Below, piece after piece: positions 53,629 to 64,000 of a stretch of DNA of 64,000 nucleotides. The stretch lies in the NCBI GenBank assembly GCA_002811645.1, contig PDIP01000053.1:1-64000 (forward strand), in the 5' to 3' direction. The translations under genes were made by a program, and so were the position numbers. Each line of letters starts with the position of its first letter. The first letter of the stretch is position 1. The DNA comes from Corallochytrium limacisporum Hawaii (taxonomy: Eukaryota; Protista; Pluriformea). The notes beneath the pieces are model-generated. The model made no database searches. It worked only from the letters and a program-made list of their open reading frames with translations, and was not told the origin of the DNA.

Positions 53629-56230
53629 GGTTTCTCTGGCCCATGTCATCAAATCATGTTTTTTGGGCTTGGTTATACTTTATGATGGTACGAACGCGCG
53701 ACTGATTAAGTACCCACGGAGCTAACTCGCATTCGCCACACACAGTCACCATGAAGACTTTAAAGTTCCCAAAACAACCATATTATGTCCACATCAATTA
53801 TCTACATGACTCGTTCCTGCTCGCGCAGTAATCTTTCTGTGCTGTCCTTCGTGAGCAAGGCGAAACCTGATTGCTTCAAATCGTTTGGGTCCTCAATGGC
53901 CCCACGCACAACCATTGATAGCCCCCCTCGTTTTTCCCGTGGAGCCTCGCCCTTGCACCGATCCTTAACCATCAGCAGACTTGGCCGGATTGCACACATC
54001 CTCTCACATAGATAACCCCTAATATGGATTTTAATTCAGATAATAATATTCACCGGTCGAGGTGCGATTGGGAATTGTATGAAGCGGGTTGCCTTATAAC
54101 AGTTTTGCGCATTAAATTCACATCGACAGGGATTCACAGAGTGAATCCAATCCCGTGCGCCGCAGTTTCTAGACCAACTCCATCAGACCCCAGGTCTGTC
54201 TCCAAACGGATAGCATGAAAAGCCTCCCTCGTTTTCCAGCACCACGAGGGCACTCGGGTGTTGGGATATCATGACCATACCAGTCCCGCGTATTCGCCAC
54301 ATGCGTAGTACTAGTTCGCAGAATGTGTCTGGCATCACAGAGGAAGGCGCACCAGCTTGGCCTATTTCTCTGCTCACTTGTGATGTCCCACGCGTGATGG
54401 GTGTCTGTACATGCGCCATGTGCATCGACTCCCGCGTACCCATTCAAATTTGACAGCGACTGAGTGTGTGCGGTTCACTTGCGAACAATGCTCAATATGC
54501 GACAGAAATTGTGCCACTTGCCTTCGGGTCCAAGCCGAACCGCATCAGCTACTTCGTGATGCTGTCGAGCACCCAACCAAACTCTATACGGTCTTCCGTC
54601 ATTTTGTAGGGTCTGAAATCAGCGGCAACTTTGCCCAACTGTGTCCCAGTGAATTGACGAACTGCATAAGATTATCTACTGGAAATCACTTCATGTTATT
54701 TCTCACTGCCAGGGATATCAGGTACAAACTCCCGAGTGAACACATATGGAGGTTCCTTGCAATACTGAATCCAAAGCACAACGCGCCAAACTTTCCAATT
54801 GCTTTTCGTCAGCAACCCCCGTTTCTAGGTTATTGCAAAGGAGATGGGAAGACACAATCACGAGTTTGCATTATATATCAGAAGTTTTACAGAGCCGACC
54901 CCAACGGGCAGCTGTGTGACTGTGGGTGGACATTAGCAGCCGCCCCTGCAGAACACTCGGACACCTGGTCAAGCAATGACGATCACGACAATACTTACCC
55001 TTAAGTTCTCAGTCAACGAAAGCTATCAGCTGCGGCGCCCTCCCCCCCCTTTCGCCGGGTCAGCGGGGCCAAGGCTGCCATTTTTCTTCGGTGATTTCTG
55101 ACCGGGCCCTGTAGATCGAACTCCAGAAACGGACTGCCGGCTGAGGTTTTTGGGGGCGAGGGCGTTGACCGCTATCTTTACGCACGACCCGACCTTGAGC
55201 GCAGAACCGATTAGAAACTCTACACACTCGGGACATTGCCTACGTTCGTCGGCCTTGTTCATCAGCAGCCGTTCGAGAATTTGTATGCATGTGACTGACC
55301 GCTTTAGTCTTGGGTAGCGGCAGCGAATTTCAAGGAACAAAGCTTTCCATTTTTTTTTTTGGAGTCCCCGGACACGAATGTGTCAGAAACCCTCCCCACA
55401 TGCCTTTTGCATGTCCATACCTCCCGCTCAGTGCCGAAGACGGCATTTGCCTAATACCGGCGCTACCTGCACTCAGCGGCGAGGCCCAGCAACTCTAAAC
55501 CGACAGATCACACCACGGAGTCGGTCCCGCCAAACCGTATTCTGCGAAGCTGGGGATTAACGACAACTGACGGGCTATAATGTTTCTTTGGACTTTTTTG
55601 GCGCAGGAGAGTTGAGTTCAGAAGTTTTATTCTCCGGAAACGACGGGGTCGGGCGACGATGACTTGGTGTACGGTGCCCACCTTTCTCTCGGTTTTTTTT
55701 CTTTCCGCATTGTTCTTTGGTCTTCCTTACCCTACCAAAGACAAGTCTTATAGACCTTAGAAAGTCCCAGGGGTGTGTATCATATACCCAATGTGTGAAA
55801 TATAATCATGGAAATGTACTAGTCTTAAATTGCAGACATCTGGACTTTGTACCCGTGACGGTGGCTCGAGAGTTGACCTCACCACGTACCGGGGCCGCTG
55901 CAAGTTGAAAGTCGGCCATTGCCGCTTGGGAATCAACTGCGAGACCCATCCCAGCTCGGCTGACTGCACTTTAATCGCTGCGTGAGATCTTTTAATCTCA
56001 GAGGTAAGAGGTATTCAACGCCATGAACTTATTGAAAGTGCAGACATGAGAGCTCATATAAATCGTGATAGAGTACACCGTTGAGTGCCGTGTATCGGAG
56101 CAAGCTTGGGTACGTTTGTACCTTCGGGTGTACGTTCCACTGCATGTATTGTGAAGAGGCAAGAGAGAAAGCAACAAATCTTGCAATCCATGGAATTTTA
56201 AGAAGGGAGCAGCAGGTTTGTAACATATGA

Positions 56231-57973
56231 ATGAGAATTATAAGCATGCAACGAGAATCTGTGACAATAGTGAAAGAATTTGTGCCGGATGATGGGGGGT
56301 CAACAGAACCAACAACGCCGCTTGTTGTTGAACAGCCTATGGAGGAACCTCTTCCGAGTCCAGTAATTACTCCACCAGTTGTTCATGTTGGGAAGCCTGT
56401 CACTGCGCAGAATATGTCGACATTGGTAGCAATAGATCTTGGAAGGTTTGTACCAGAAACAGGGAGAATCAACTTCTTGACGTCGATCAAAGAGGCATCG
56501 GGACGTGACGAGATACTTTCTGTTTGCGTGGTCTTGATCCACCCTTCACTAAGCACCGTGGATACGTCGTTTGCTAGGGCCGATCAGGTGGGTGTATCAA
56601 CATTGCGAGCAGTATGCAATGTCTTGGAAGACCAGCAGAGAGTAAGGGTCAAGAGTATTTGCTGTGTGGGCATGGGGCTGGGCTCAAGAATTGGCGTTGG
56701 TTTCGTCAGCCTCTTCACATGGAGGCGTAGTCTGCTTCATCAGACAGAATACTTCGACAATCTGGAAGGACTTCTTTATGAGCACTACAGCCTTGATCTC
56801 CTGCGGGAAATTCCGTTCACCACCCCGCCAAATCCAATGGAAATTAATCAACAGGTTCCACATGAGGTTCCTCTGACACGGGCCTGTTCCGAAGTGGCAG
56901 TCCCTTGTATGGCACAGACCAATGCAATGTTTGCGAAACTGTTTGGAAGTGTGGGACCCATGATCAACTTGCTCAAACCAAAGAAGAACACCGACTCCGA
57001 GGAGGCGCCTGCTGCCCCTCGCATTGAAACCGAAGGATTAGTGTTTGGTCAGTCATTCAAGGACATGCGTAGGGTATCGGAGATTAACTTAGAGAATCGT
57101 GTGCCATACTTTGTAGAAGAGATCATCAGGCAGTTGCGCGTTAGGAAATGTGTCAATGAGGAAGGTCTGTTTCGCCGCAGTGCCCGCCAGGGATACGTAA
57201 ATGCATTGGCGGATCGTGCTGATGCTGGTGAAGGTCGTGAGGACGACGAAGATATGCCCTGGTCCTCTTTCTTTCTCACAGTGCACCCAGACATTGACGT
57301 GGATGTACATGTCTTAGCGGCCCTTCTGAAGCTGTGGTTCCGACGTCTTCCGAACCCTGCCTTTGCCCCCCCTGTCGATCGCAGTGGTCTCGATGAACAT
57401 CCACTGATCCACGAAGAGGATCCCAAGGCTGCCCTAGACTACTTGCGATATGAAAAGGGTGTTGATCCGCTGTGGCTTGGAGCGGTTATTGCACTGCTGG
57501 ACCTCTTGGCTGACATTGAAGCCAACCACGATAACAACTTGATGAGCGCCGACAACTTGGCTGTGTGTGTGGCTTCCAGTCTGATGTGCTTGCCAGAAAT
57601 GGAAGAAGCCTTGGATCCCATGGCCAGCGTCCGCATCAATAAGCTCAGTCGCGGGCTGGTGCGATGTCTCATCATTGGATGGTACGAAGGTGTCCGCGAT
57701 ATCTTCGTGTCGGAGCTAACAGAGCGGAATAGTGTCATTAGCATCTACTCCGACAAGGCACGCCGTCAATTGGATAAGGTCAGCTGGGAGTACGCCAACA
57801 ATCCCAAAGAAGTGGAAAGGCTCCGTCCCAGTACTTCAACAAGCATCTTTAGCGGGCGCTCGCGTACCACCTCCACCAACTCATCTGTCCGGGAACCCTT
57901 GTTGGCGCACTCTACACGGAACGACTTCTACGGCACTACTAACATGCCACTGCCTGGTGCAGTGCAGACATGA
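56231..57973 (+). CDS. RhoGAP with a degenerate N-terminal BCH/CRAL-TRIO-like domain (ARHGAP1/8-like)
   Basis: VFGQS, VPYFV, arginine finger EEGLFRRSA, DVHVLAALLKLWFRRLPNP, N.MSADNLAVC. The upstream region resembles the end of a BCH domain. Confidence 0.85.
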   Translation: MRIISMQRESVTIVKEFVPDDGGSTEPTTPLVVEQPMEEPLPSPVITPPVVHVGKPVTAQNMSTLVAIDLGRFVPETGRINFLTSIKEASGRDEILSVCVVLIHPSLSTVDTSFARADQVGVSTLRAVCNVLEDQQRVRVKSICCVGMGLGSRIGVGFVSLFTWRRSLLHQTEYFDNLEGLLYEHYSLDLLREIPFTTPPNPMEINQQVPHEVPLTRACSEVAVPCMAQTNAMFAKLFGSVGPMINLLKPKKNTDSEEAPAAPRIETEGLVFGQSFKDMRRVSEINLENRVPYFVEEIIRQLRVRKCVNEEGLFRRSARQGYVNALADRADAGEGREDDEDMPWSSFFLTVHPDIDVDVHVLAALLKLWFRRLPNPAFAPPVDRSGLDEHPLIHEEDPKAALDYLRYEKGVDPLWLGAVIALLDLLADIEANHDNNLMSADNLAVCVASSLMCLPEMEEALDPMASVRINKLSRGLVRCLIIGWYEGVRDIFVSELTERNSVISIYSDKARRQLDKVSWEYANNPKEVERLRPSTSTSIFSGRSRTTSTNSSVREPLLAHSTRNDFYGTTNMPLPGAVQT

Positions 57974-58928
57974 AGTAGAATATCGATTTCGTTGTGACAA
58001 AGCGATCCTTTATTTCTGGGCACATGAAATTTGCAAACTCTTGGAAACCAACATTTATGGGGTCTCTGACTCTTTGGCGCCAATGCAATTGCAGACCCGC
58101 AAGAACCCGGACAACGGCATTTTTGCGCGGGCCCTCCTTATCAACCACAATTTCCAAACCCCCCCCCTCCCCTTCTCCTTCCTCCGTCCCTCGTTCGCTT
58201 CCCTTTGAACCAGCGGATAACCCGAGGACGAGAACTGATCGGACTGATGCAGGAGGCACCCGGCGGCTCCCTCCCTCCCCTCTCCCGGTTCGGGCTCGCG
58301 GGCGACCCGCAACCGTCCTCAGCTTGCTCTGAGCGTCACCTATTTCTTCTGCCCTCTCGCAGCCGGCGGGCCCGCCGCTTGGGTGGACGACCTCAAGGGG
58401 CGCGCAACCAGGCCCCGAAGAGTGGGGAGGGATAAGCACTGTGTGCCAAAGAGGGAGAGAAATGAAACATTTAGCGGTACATTTGGTATTGGTTCCCCGG
58501 AGGATGGGTTGAGAAGCGAAGGGAGGGAGGAAGGGACTTCCAGGAGTTCCTTTATTCACTATGCAGCGGGACACTATGACGACACCGGGTCGAAATCGGG
58601 CCGGGGGTTCTTGGCTGGTGCCAGGGCTTCTGTGTTCGTGGTCCCAATTTTGGCTGTGCCCGTTTGGTAGGCTTGCCTGTTGCCTCTCGCGTTTTGCCCG
58701 TTGTGTTTTATAGAAAGAGAAAGAGCCGATATGTCTAACTGTGTGTATATGGTGGTCGTGGTCAGGTATCAAAGAGAGCTGTGTCAGCGAAGAAGGATTT
58801 GAGTGAAATGTCGTCCTTAGATATCAGGAAGAACGAACAAACTGGAGGGAGTTAGATCGTTCATTAGTCATGCCAAGCACATGTTAGTAGAAATACAAAA
58901 TTGTATATAGTACTAGTACTTTTTCAGG

Positions 58929-60755
58929 ATGGCAACCATTGTCAACAGCCTGGAATTGGCACCGGGCAAGAGCCTCGGACCGCTGAATCTTGGGGCGTCA
59001 TTGAGTGATGTACTCCGGACCCTCTCTCTACCCCACAACTATCAGATCTTTGGGTATGATGACACTCAATACCAAGTAATTTATTCACAGAGCCGACCAC
59101 TGGCGAGACCTGTTGTTGTACAACTACCGGCGGTAGGCATAAGTTTAATTTTTGATCCATTGCAGCTGGTCCTGCGATGCATCCACGTCGACATCATTAG
59201 GGCTAGTAGGAGCTCACGCGTAAAAGTTTGCTACGGTGTGCAGTCATTATATTCCATCAAAGAAGCAGGCTTCGAGGAACGCACCGTCATGAACTATGAG
59301 CAGGTCTATGACCTCTTTGGACCCACTCACCCAGGGAATGAGGTGCCAGGGGCGTCAGGCTTATTCATGCAGGATCTCGTCAAGGAAATGGATATGCTGT
59401 CACAGACCGTCCATAGCACACCATCAACAAAACCGGTTCCTGGTTCATCAGACTCTGAGGTTAAAACGGAGAAGGAGCCAGAATTACCGGCCAGGGAGCC
59501 AGAGACCAACTGCAGCGCTGACCCCCTTGATACACCAGGACTTACCAAGAAGCAGCGCAAGAGATTGAAAAAGAAACGCCAGCAGCAAAAATTGGCAACT
59601 GCCCCCCCTGTCAAGGATGTTGAGACCGAGGCGGGCGTCACGAGTGAGGATGCAGACGATGAGCGGGACAGTGATGAAAACGAAGCCCTTCAAGCCGTAC
59701 AAGGAGAGGACTCGACCGGTGACACATTAACAGAGACCGCAGGCGCGTCGCACATCTATGTGTTACACTATTCCGGCATCAGCTTCGCCTTCAGACCACC
59801 CAAAAATGTTGGTACAGCCATGGACAATCGCAATGACTATCAACTAACCGCCGTGGCCGTTTACAGCACGGAATCTATGGGCTCAGGGGAACTGGGTAAT
59901 ATATTAGTGAGCCAAGGGCTGCATAACGTGCACCATGACCGCGCCATGGGATCTCAACGTTCTATTCCAGTGGTGTTGGCCTGTGTTGGGGCTGGCATAT
60001 GGCTTAGCCACCGACCAGTAAAGGACATGCACACGTGGGCTTCGAAGGCAGATGTCAGCCCTGACGAATGGATCCAACGTACTTGGCCCCAAGGCATTAC
60101 CCTGGCCTTCCACGAGGCTGAGCAGGACATTATTCACGCACTCGGTGTGCCAGCTCATCAGTATCACAAGGAAGCCAGTCGCATGGTCATCCACAGCCAG
60201 ACTTCGAGTGGAACAAATGCTGGGGACTCCCAGGAGCATGAAGGGAGCGTAGGGGCGACCACTGCACAGACATCTCCACGGATGGCAGCTACCGCTGGAC
60301 CAAAGATCGACACCGACAACGATTATTTTCTCAACTATCCGGACCTCGGCCTCGACATTCTGATCAATGGCAGGAGCCACAGGGCCGTAAAATATATCTT
60401 GCACACCAATATGCCGGGAACGTACGATTTTGGCGACTACTGCCGCTGCGATTTCCAAATGGTGGAGGAGTCCAATGCTCAAGAGATTCTGGACTCACTC
60501 ACGGTGGATGGCATGCAGGCCTACCACGGTAGAATGAAGGACAATACTACCAACGTGGCCTGGCATTCAACTTTTGCCGACATAGAGGGCCGCTGGGGAA
60601 AGTGCCCAATCAAGCCTGTGATCTACAGACAGTCCATGCGCAGTGGCAACAGCAATCCTTTTGGAGCAAGCGAGTATCATGCCTACCCTGGTGCGATTTT
60701 TGAAGTGCTCAAATCAGGACATATTGCTACAGTGACCATGACGGTGCTGGAGTAA
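58929..60755 (+). CDS. PHAF1: PHAF1/C16orf70 (UPF0183) family protein
   Basis: PG.SLG...LG, IYS...PL, L.FDP....LR.I, FGPTHPG, DYF.NY..LGLDIL.....H...K.ILHTN.PG..DF..Y.RC.F, NPFG......Y.G.IFEV...G.IATVT. Confidence 0.9.
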   Translation: MATIVNSLELAPGKSLGPLNLGASLSDVLRTLSLPHNYQIFGYDDTQYQVIYSQSRPLARPVVVQLPAVGISLIFDPLQLVLRCIHVDIIRASRSSRVKVCYGVQSLYSIKEAGFEERTVMNYEQVYDLFGPTHPGNEVPGASGLFMQDLVKEMDMLSQTVHSTPSTKPVPGSSDSEVKTEKEPELPAREPETNCSADPLDTPGLTKKQRKRLKKKRQQQKLATAPPVKDVETEAGVTSEDADDERDSDENEALQAVQGEDSTGDTLTETAGASHIYVLHYSGISFAFRPPKNVGTAMDNRNDYQLTAVAVYSTESMGSGELGNILVSQGLHNVHHDRAMGSQRSIPVVLACVGAGIWLSHRPVKDMHTWASKADVSPDEWIQRTWPQGITLAFHEAEQDIIHALGVPAHQYHKEASRMVIHSQTSSGTNAGDSQEHEGSVGATTAQTSPRMAATAGPKIDTDNDYFLNYPDLGLDILINGRSHRAVKYILHTNMPGTYDFGDYCRCDFQMVEESNAQEILDSLTVDGMQAYHGRMKDNTTNVAWHSTFADIEGRWGKCPIKPVIYRQSMRSGNSNPFGASEYHAYPGAIFEVLKSGHIATVTMTVLE

Positions 60756-61069
60756 TGAAACTCTGGATGCACTACTAAACCAATGTATCACAAACACATT
60801 TCTTACAAGTTGATCTCTCGGTGAATAGGGGTTCTAATATTACAGTTTCTCTCTCTCTCCCTCTCACACTAATAAGCTGTGGTTTTCTCTCTCAAGTTGT
60901 GGATAAGTTTGTGGTTTTCTCTCTTGGTTAATAGTGGTGGATGGGTTGTCAGTGAATCAGGCTGGAGGCCTGTAGGAACCCATATGATGCAGTAAAGGTA
61001 AATGATGCCATGATGTGTCTCTAAGTGTCATTTTTGGATTGTTTTTAAACTACCACACTAAGGTAGACG

Positions 61070-62725
61070 TTAAAGGGAAGACTCAATGTCTTCCTCGTAC
61101 CTAGCCAGCAGGATAATGATGGCAAACCCGAACCAAATGCAGAAGTGTTGCAGAAGAGTGAATTTAAGGATGTCCTTGCGACTGCTGCCGTCGTGATTGT
61201 CGTCACCGGAGGCTTGGCTGTTAGAGCCGTCCTGATAGGCAGGCAGTTCACTCTGGCCCAACTTCTTCTCGTTCGGGCGCTCCTCATCCTCGGGGCCAGA
61301 GGGGCGAGGCACCACGGCGAGATCCTCGCTGATCTCGCTATCCCGCTTGTGCCTGATGAGCTCTTGCATGGCCAAATTAACTTGGGGCCAAATGTCCACA
61401 AGAGCAATGTAGATGAAAGTACCAGCGACCAGAGCCAAAATGTAAGCTTGGGTATCATCATCGGTAATGGCCGCACCGGCAAGGGCACCAGCGATGGCGG
61501 TCAGAGCACTCAGGAAATTCCAGCCCAGAGCACGCCAGTAACCAAGGCCGGCATGGAGCAAGACCGCAAAGTCACCAAACTCGTGAGGAATCTCATGGCA
61601 AATGATGGCAATGGTGGTACCGAAACCAGCGGACACGGAGACAGTAAAGGCAACACCGATGGCAAGACCATCGACAAAGTTGTGGAGACCATCACCCACA
61701 ATGATATGCCAGGCCACGTGATCAACCTCCTTGAGGGGACGGCCCTTAGCACGGAAAATTTCAGTGCCCCGTGCATTGGGGGAGGCGTGGTCATCTTGAT
61801 GGAGATCGTGGACATGGCCATGGCTAGTACCGGCGACGATGGCCATGATGGCCTCGAACAGCATAATGGCGTAGAAACCGATAAGGATAAGACTGGTGCG
61901 CAGCAACATCTCGGAGTCTGACAACTCTGCCTCTTCATGGTCATGTCCATCATGATCATGGTTGTGGAGACCGAGAGCTGAGGGAATCAGATGCATGACA
62001 GCATCACCGAGCAAAACACCAATGGCCATGCACATCAGACTGATCATGACCCAGCGGGCAATCCTAGGCTTGCGGTCCGCGAGAGGAACAAGGAGGGCAC
62101 CGACCAGGGACAGAATTGAAACGATGGCAGCAGCCAGCACAGCCCATCCGCGGGCTTCGCTCTCGGAAAGACCGGAGGAGCTCTCACTGCTATGGTCGTG
62201 TTCGTCCTCACCGCCAATCAGGCCTGCCTCAGCACAGGGACCAGATGGAGACACCTGCAGGAGTAGAGAAGGAGCCATGGTCACGAGTTGGTCGATCTCA
62301 ATGTCAGAAGTTGCGTCCAAGCCATGCGCCTCAAGGAGTTCCTCGGCAGTCGGGTAGCACTCGGTGGTAGCAGTCTGGCGGCGGCGGCGTGTAGCGTCCG
62401 CTGTGTCTTCGTCGTCATGGTCCTCATCACCATGTTCTTCGTCATCATGGTCCTCATCACCATGTTCGTCATCATGTTCTTCGTCATCGTGGTCGTGGTC
62501 GTGGTCATGATCGTGGTCATGGTCTTCTTCAGGGGTGAAGCCGTAGTTTCCAAGCATCGTCTCGAAGTCAGAAACGCTCAAGTGATCAACACTACCCTCA
62601 GTGCTGTACAGAGCAATGAGATCACCTGCGGCCTGGTAGGCTATTTCAGTTGCGTTCACGGCATCGTCCTGGGCCGCAACGGCGGCGAGTAGTGCCACCA
62701 GCGGCACAATAGTTTTTCCAAGCAT
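61070..62725 (-). CDS. LIV-1 subfamily ZIP (SLC39A) metal transporter
   Basis: Signal peptide, His/Asp-rich ectodomain, LLGDA.MHLIP, GDGLHNFVDGLAIG, CHEIPHEFGDF, AGTFIYIALVD, YEEDI. Confidence 0.95.
   Translation of the reverse strand: MLGKTIVPLVALLAAVAAQDDAVNATEIAYQAAGDLIALYSTEGSVDHLSVSDFETMLGNYGFTPEEDHDHDHDHDHDHDDEEHDDEHGDEDHDDEEHGDEDHDDEDTADATRRRRQTATTECYPTAEELLEAHGLDATSDIEIDQLVTMAPSLLLQVSPSGPCAEAGLIGGEDEHDHSSESSSGLSESEARGWAVLAAAIVSILSLVGALLVPLADRKPRIARWVMISLMCMAIGVLLGDAVMHLIPSALGLHNHDHDGHDHEEAELSDSEMLLRTSLILIGFYAIMLFEAIMAIVAGTSHGHVHDLHQDDHASPNARGTEIFRAKGRPLKEVDHVAWHIIVGDGLHNFVDGLAIGVAFTVSVSAGFGTTIAIICHEIPHEFGDFAVLLHAGLGYWRALGWNFLSALTAIAGALAGAAITDDDTQAYILALVAGTFIYIALVDIWPQVNLAMQELIRHKRDSEISEDLAVVPRPSGPEDEERPNEKKLGQSELPAYQDGSNSQASGDDNHDGSSRKDILKFTLLQHFCIWFGFAIIILLARYEEDIESSL
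62408..62524. repeat. Coding repeats in the ZIP ectodomain: 2 x 30 bp (EHGDEDHDDE) plus an (HD)n hexamer run
   Basis: 62408-62437 and 62438-62467 differ by one base; gtggtc-type hexamers at about 62489-62524. Confidence 0.85.
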
Positions 62726-63309
62726 TTTTTGAGTGTAGAGTAAAGCTTACATGAACCTGTAGCTTCTATTGAACTAAGAAGCCATTTTTGATGATCAATC
62801 CAAACCTTGATCTCTGTTGCTTTATATACCACGAAGGACGTCGAAGGTGCTGACAAGACATAGTGGTCGATCTCGGGTGTTGCTTACCAAAAGGCCCACA
62901 ATACATTCAGACCTACCCTTGTTTTCTTTCTTATCTTTCGGTCCGGAATGCATGCTTCATATCGCTAGAATGGACCGTAGACGATCATGCCTCTAAAGTG
63001 TTGTCAATATGCGGATCAGCATTTAGGTCCTCCAAGCACATACCCAGTTCGGGTCATCCACAGTTGTGTTCTTGAGCCGCACCCCCGACTCTTGCGACCG
63101 TTCAACCCGCACCGGGTACTGCGCAGACACCCGGCAGAGAACAGTGGTCTCCCTTCCCCCGGTCCCCCAACGTTCTGTTTTTTCCCTATGATTTGTATGC
63201 CAAACTCAGAGTCGTAAGAGAAGGTGTGAGACACTTCTCTCCAAATTCTTTTACAGATCCGCCTTTCCCCCCCCCCTCCCGACTTTTTGTCTCCCTCCTT
63301 TCCCCCCCC

Positions 63310-63733
63310 NNNNNNNNNNNNNNNNNNNNNNNNNNNNNNNNNNNNNNNNNNNNNNNNNNNNNNNNNNNNNNNNNNNNNNNNNNNNNNNNNNNNNNNNNNN
63401 NNNNNNNNNNNNNNNNNNNNNNNNNNNNNNNNNNNNNNNNNNNNNNNNNNNNNNNNNNNNNNNNNNNNNNNNNNNNNNNNNNNNNNNNNNNNNNNNNNNN
63501 NNNNNNNNNNNNNNNNNNNNNNNNNNNNNNNNNNNNNNNNNNNNNNNNNNNNNNNNNNNNNNNNNNNNNNNNNNNNNNNNNNNNNNNNNNNNNNNNNNNN
63601 NNNNNNNNNNNNNNNNNNNNNNNNNNNNNNNNNNNNNNNNNNNNNNNNNNNNNNNNNNNNNNNNNNNNNNNNNNNNNNNNNNNNNNNNNNNNNNNNNNNN
63701 NNNNNNNNNNNNNNNNNNNNNNNNNNNNNNNNN
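63310..63733. other. Assembly gap (N run)
   Basis: Ns between C8 on the left and G6 on the right. Confidence 0.99.
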
Positions 63734-64000
63734 GGGGGGAGGGGGAATTGAGTCCTGCAGTTTCATTCCCGTTGCATCAATTTGAGTACATAATGAACTG
63801 TAATTTTCCCCTGGAAAGGACAACTGCGGGAGGGCAAGGCAGGGAGGGGTGGGATCAAAACGGTCAGTCCTCGGCGGCTACAAAACCAAAATCGCTTGCC
63901 GTGTAATCAGAAAAAGAAAGGGAAACAAAGAGCAAAAATTGAACAAAAACAACAAATTCCCAGCAGCCAAAATCTCCATATTTAAAGTAAGGAACAGCAC

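Noticed and set aside
58909-58928. Acceptor-like TTTTCAG just before the PHAF1 ATG (and TTTAG before RPL26), suggesting 5' UTR introns
   Set aside because: No convincing donor or branch site, and the proteins are complete. It cannot be supported without cDNA.

Overview
Eukaryotic nuclear DNA from a gene-dense, apparently intron-free genome, with four N gaps. I recognise 27 single-exon protein-coding genes: GDAP1-like GST, DARS1, Misato/MSTO1, an MBOAT sterol/DAG acyltransferase, RPL26, EEF1AKMT2, tropomyosin, a signal-peptide JmjC protein, ADK, VAMP7, NME7, IDI1, ERMP1, BioF, SPICE1-like, ADRM1, a CAP protein, RFWD3, SLC35D, TRPC4AP, cyclin E-like, a TMX/PDI-like protein, an orphan C2H2/H1-tail protein, GCLM, a BCH-RhoGAP, PHAF1 and a LIV-1 ZIP. 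An animal-like repertoire plus BioF and no introns suggests a unicellular holozoan such as Corallochytrium (inference only). No tRNA, rRNA, CRISPR array or intact mobile element was seen. The main unexplained structure is non-coding. Genes alternate strand, convergent 3' gaps are tiny (69-314 bp), and upstream regions carry low-complexity islands with a recurrent polar poly(C)->poly(G) element and a recurrent GTACTGAA motif. A 4x16-bp tandem array sits just upstream of bioF. All family calls come from recalled motifs; no database search was run. I found no operon-like novel system, and the findings are hypotheses.
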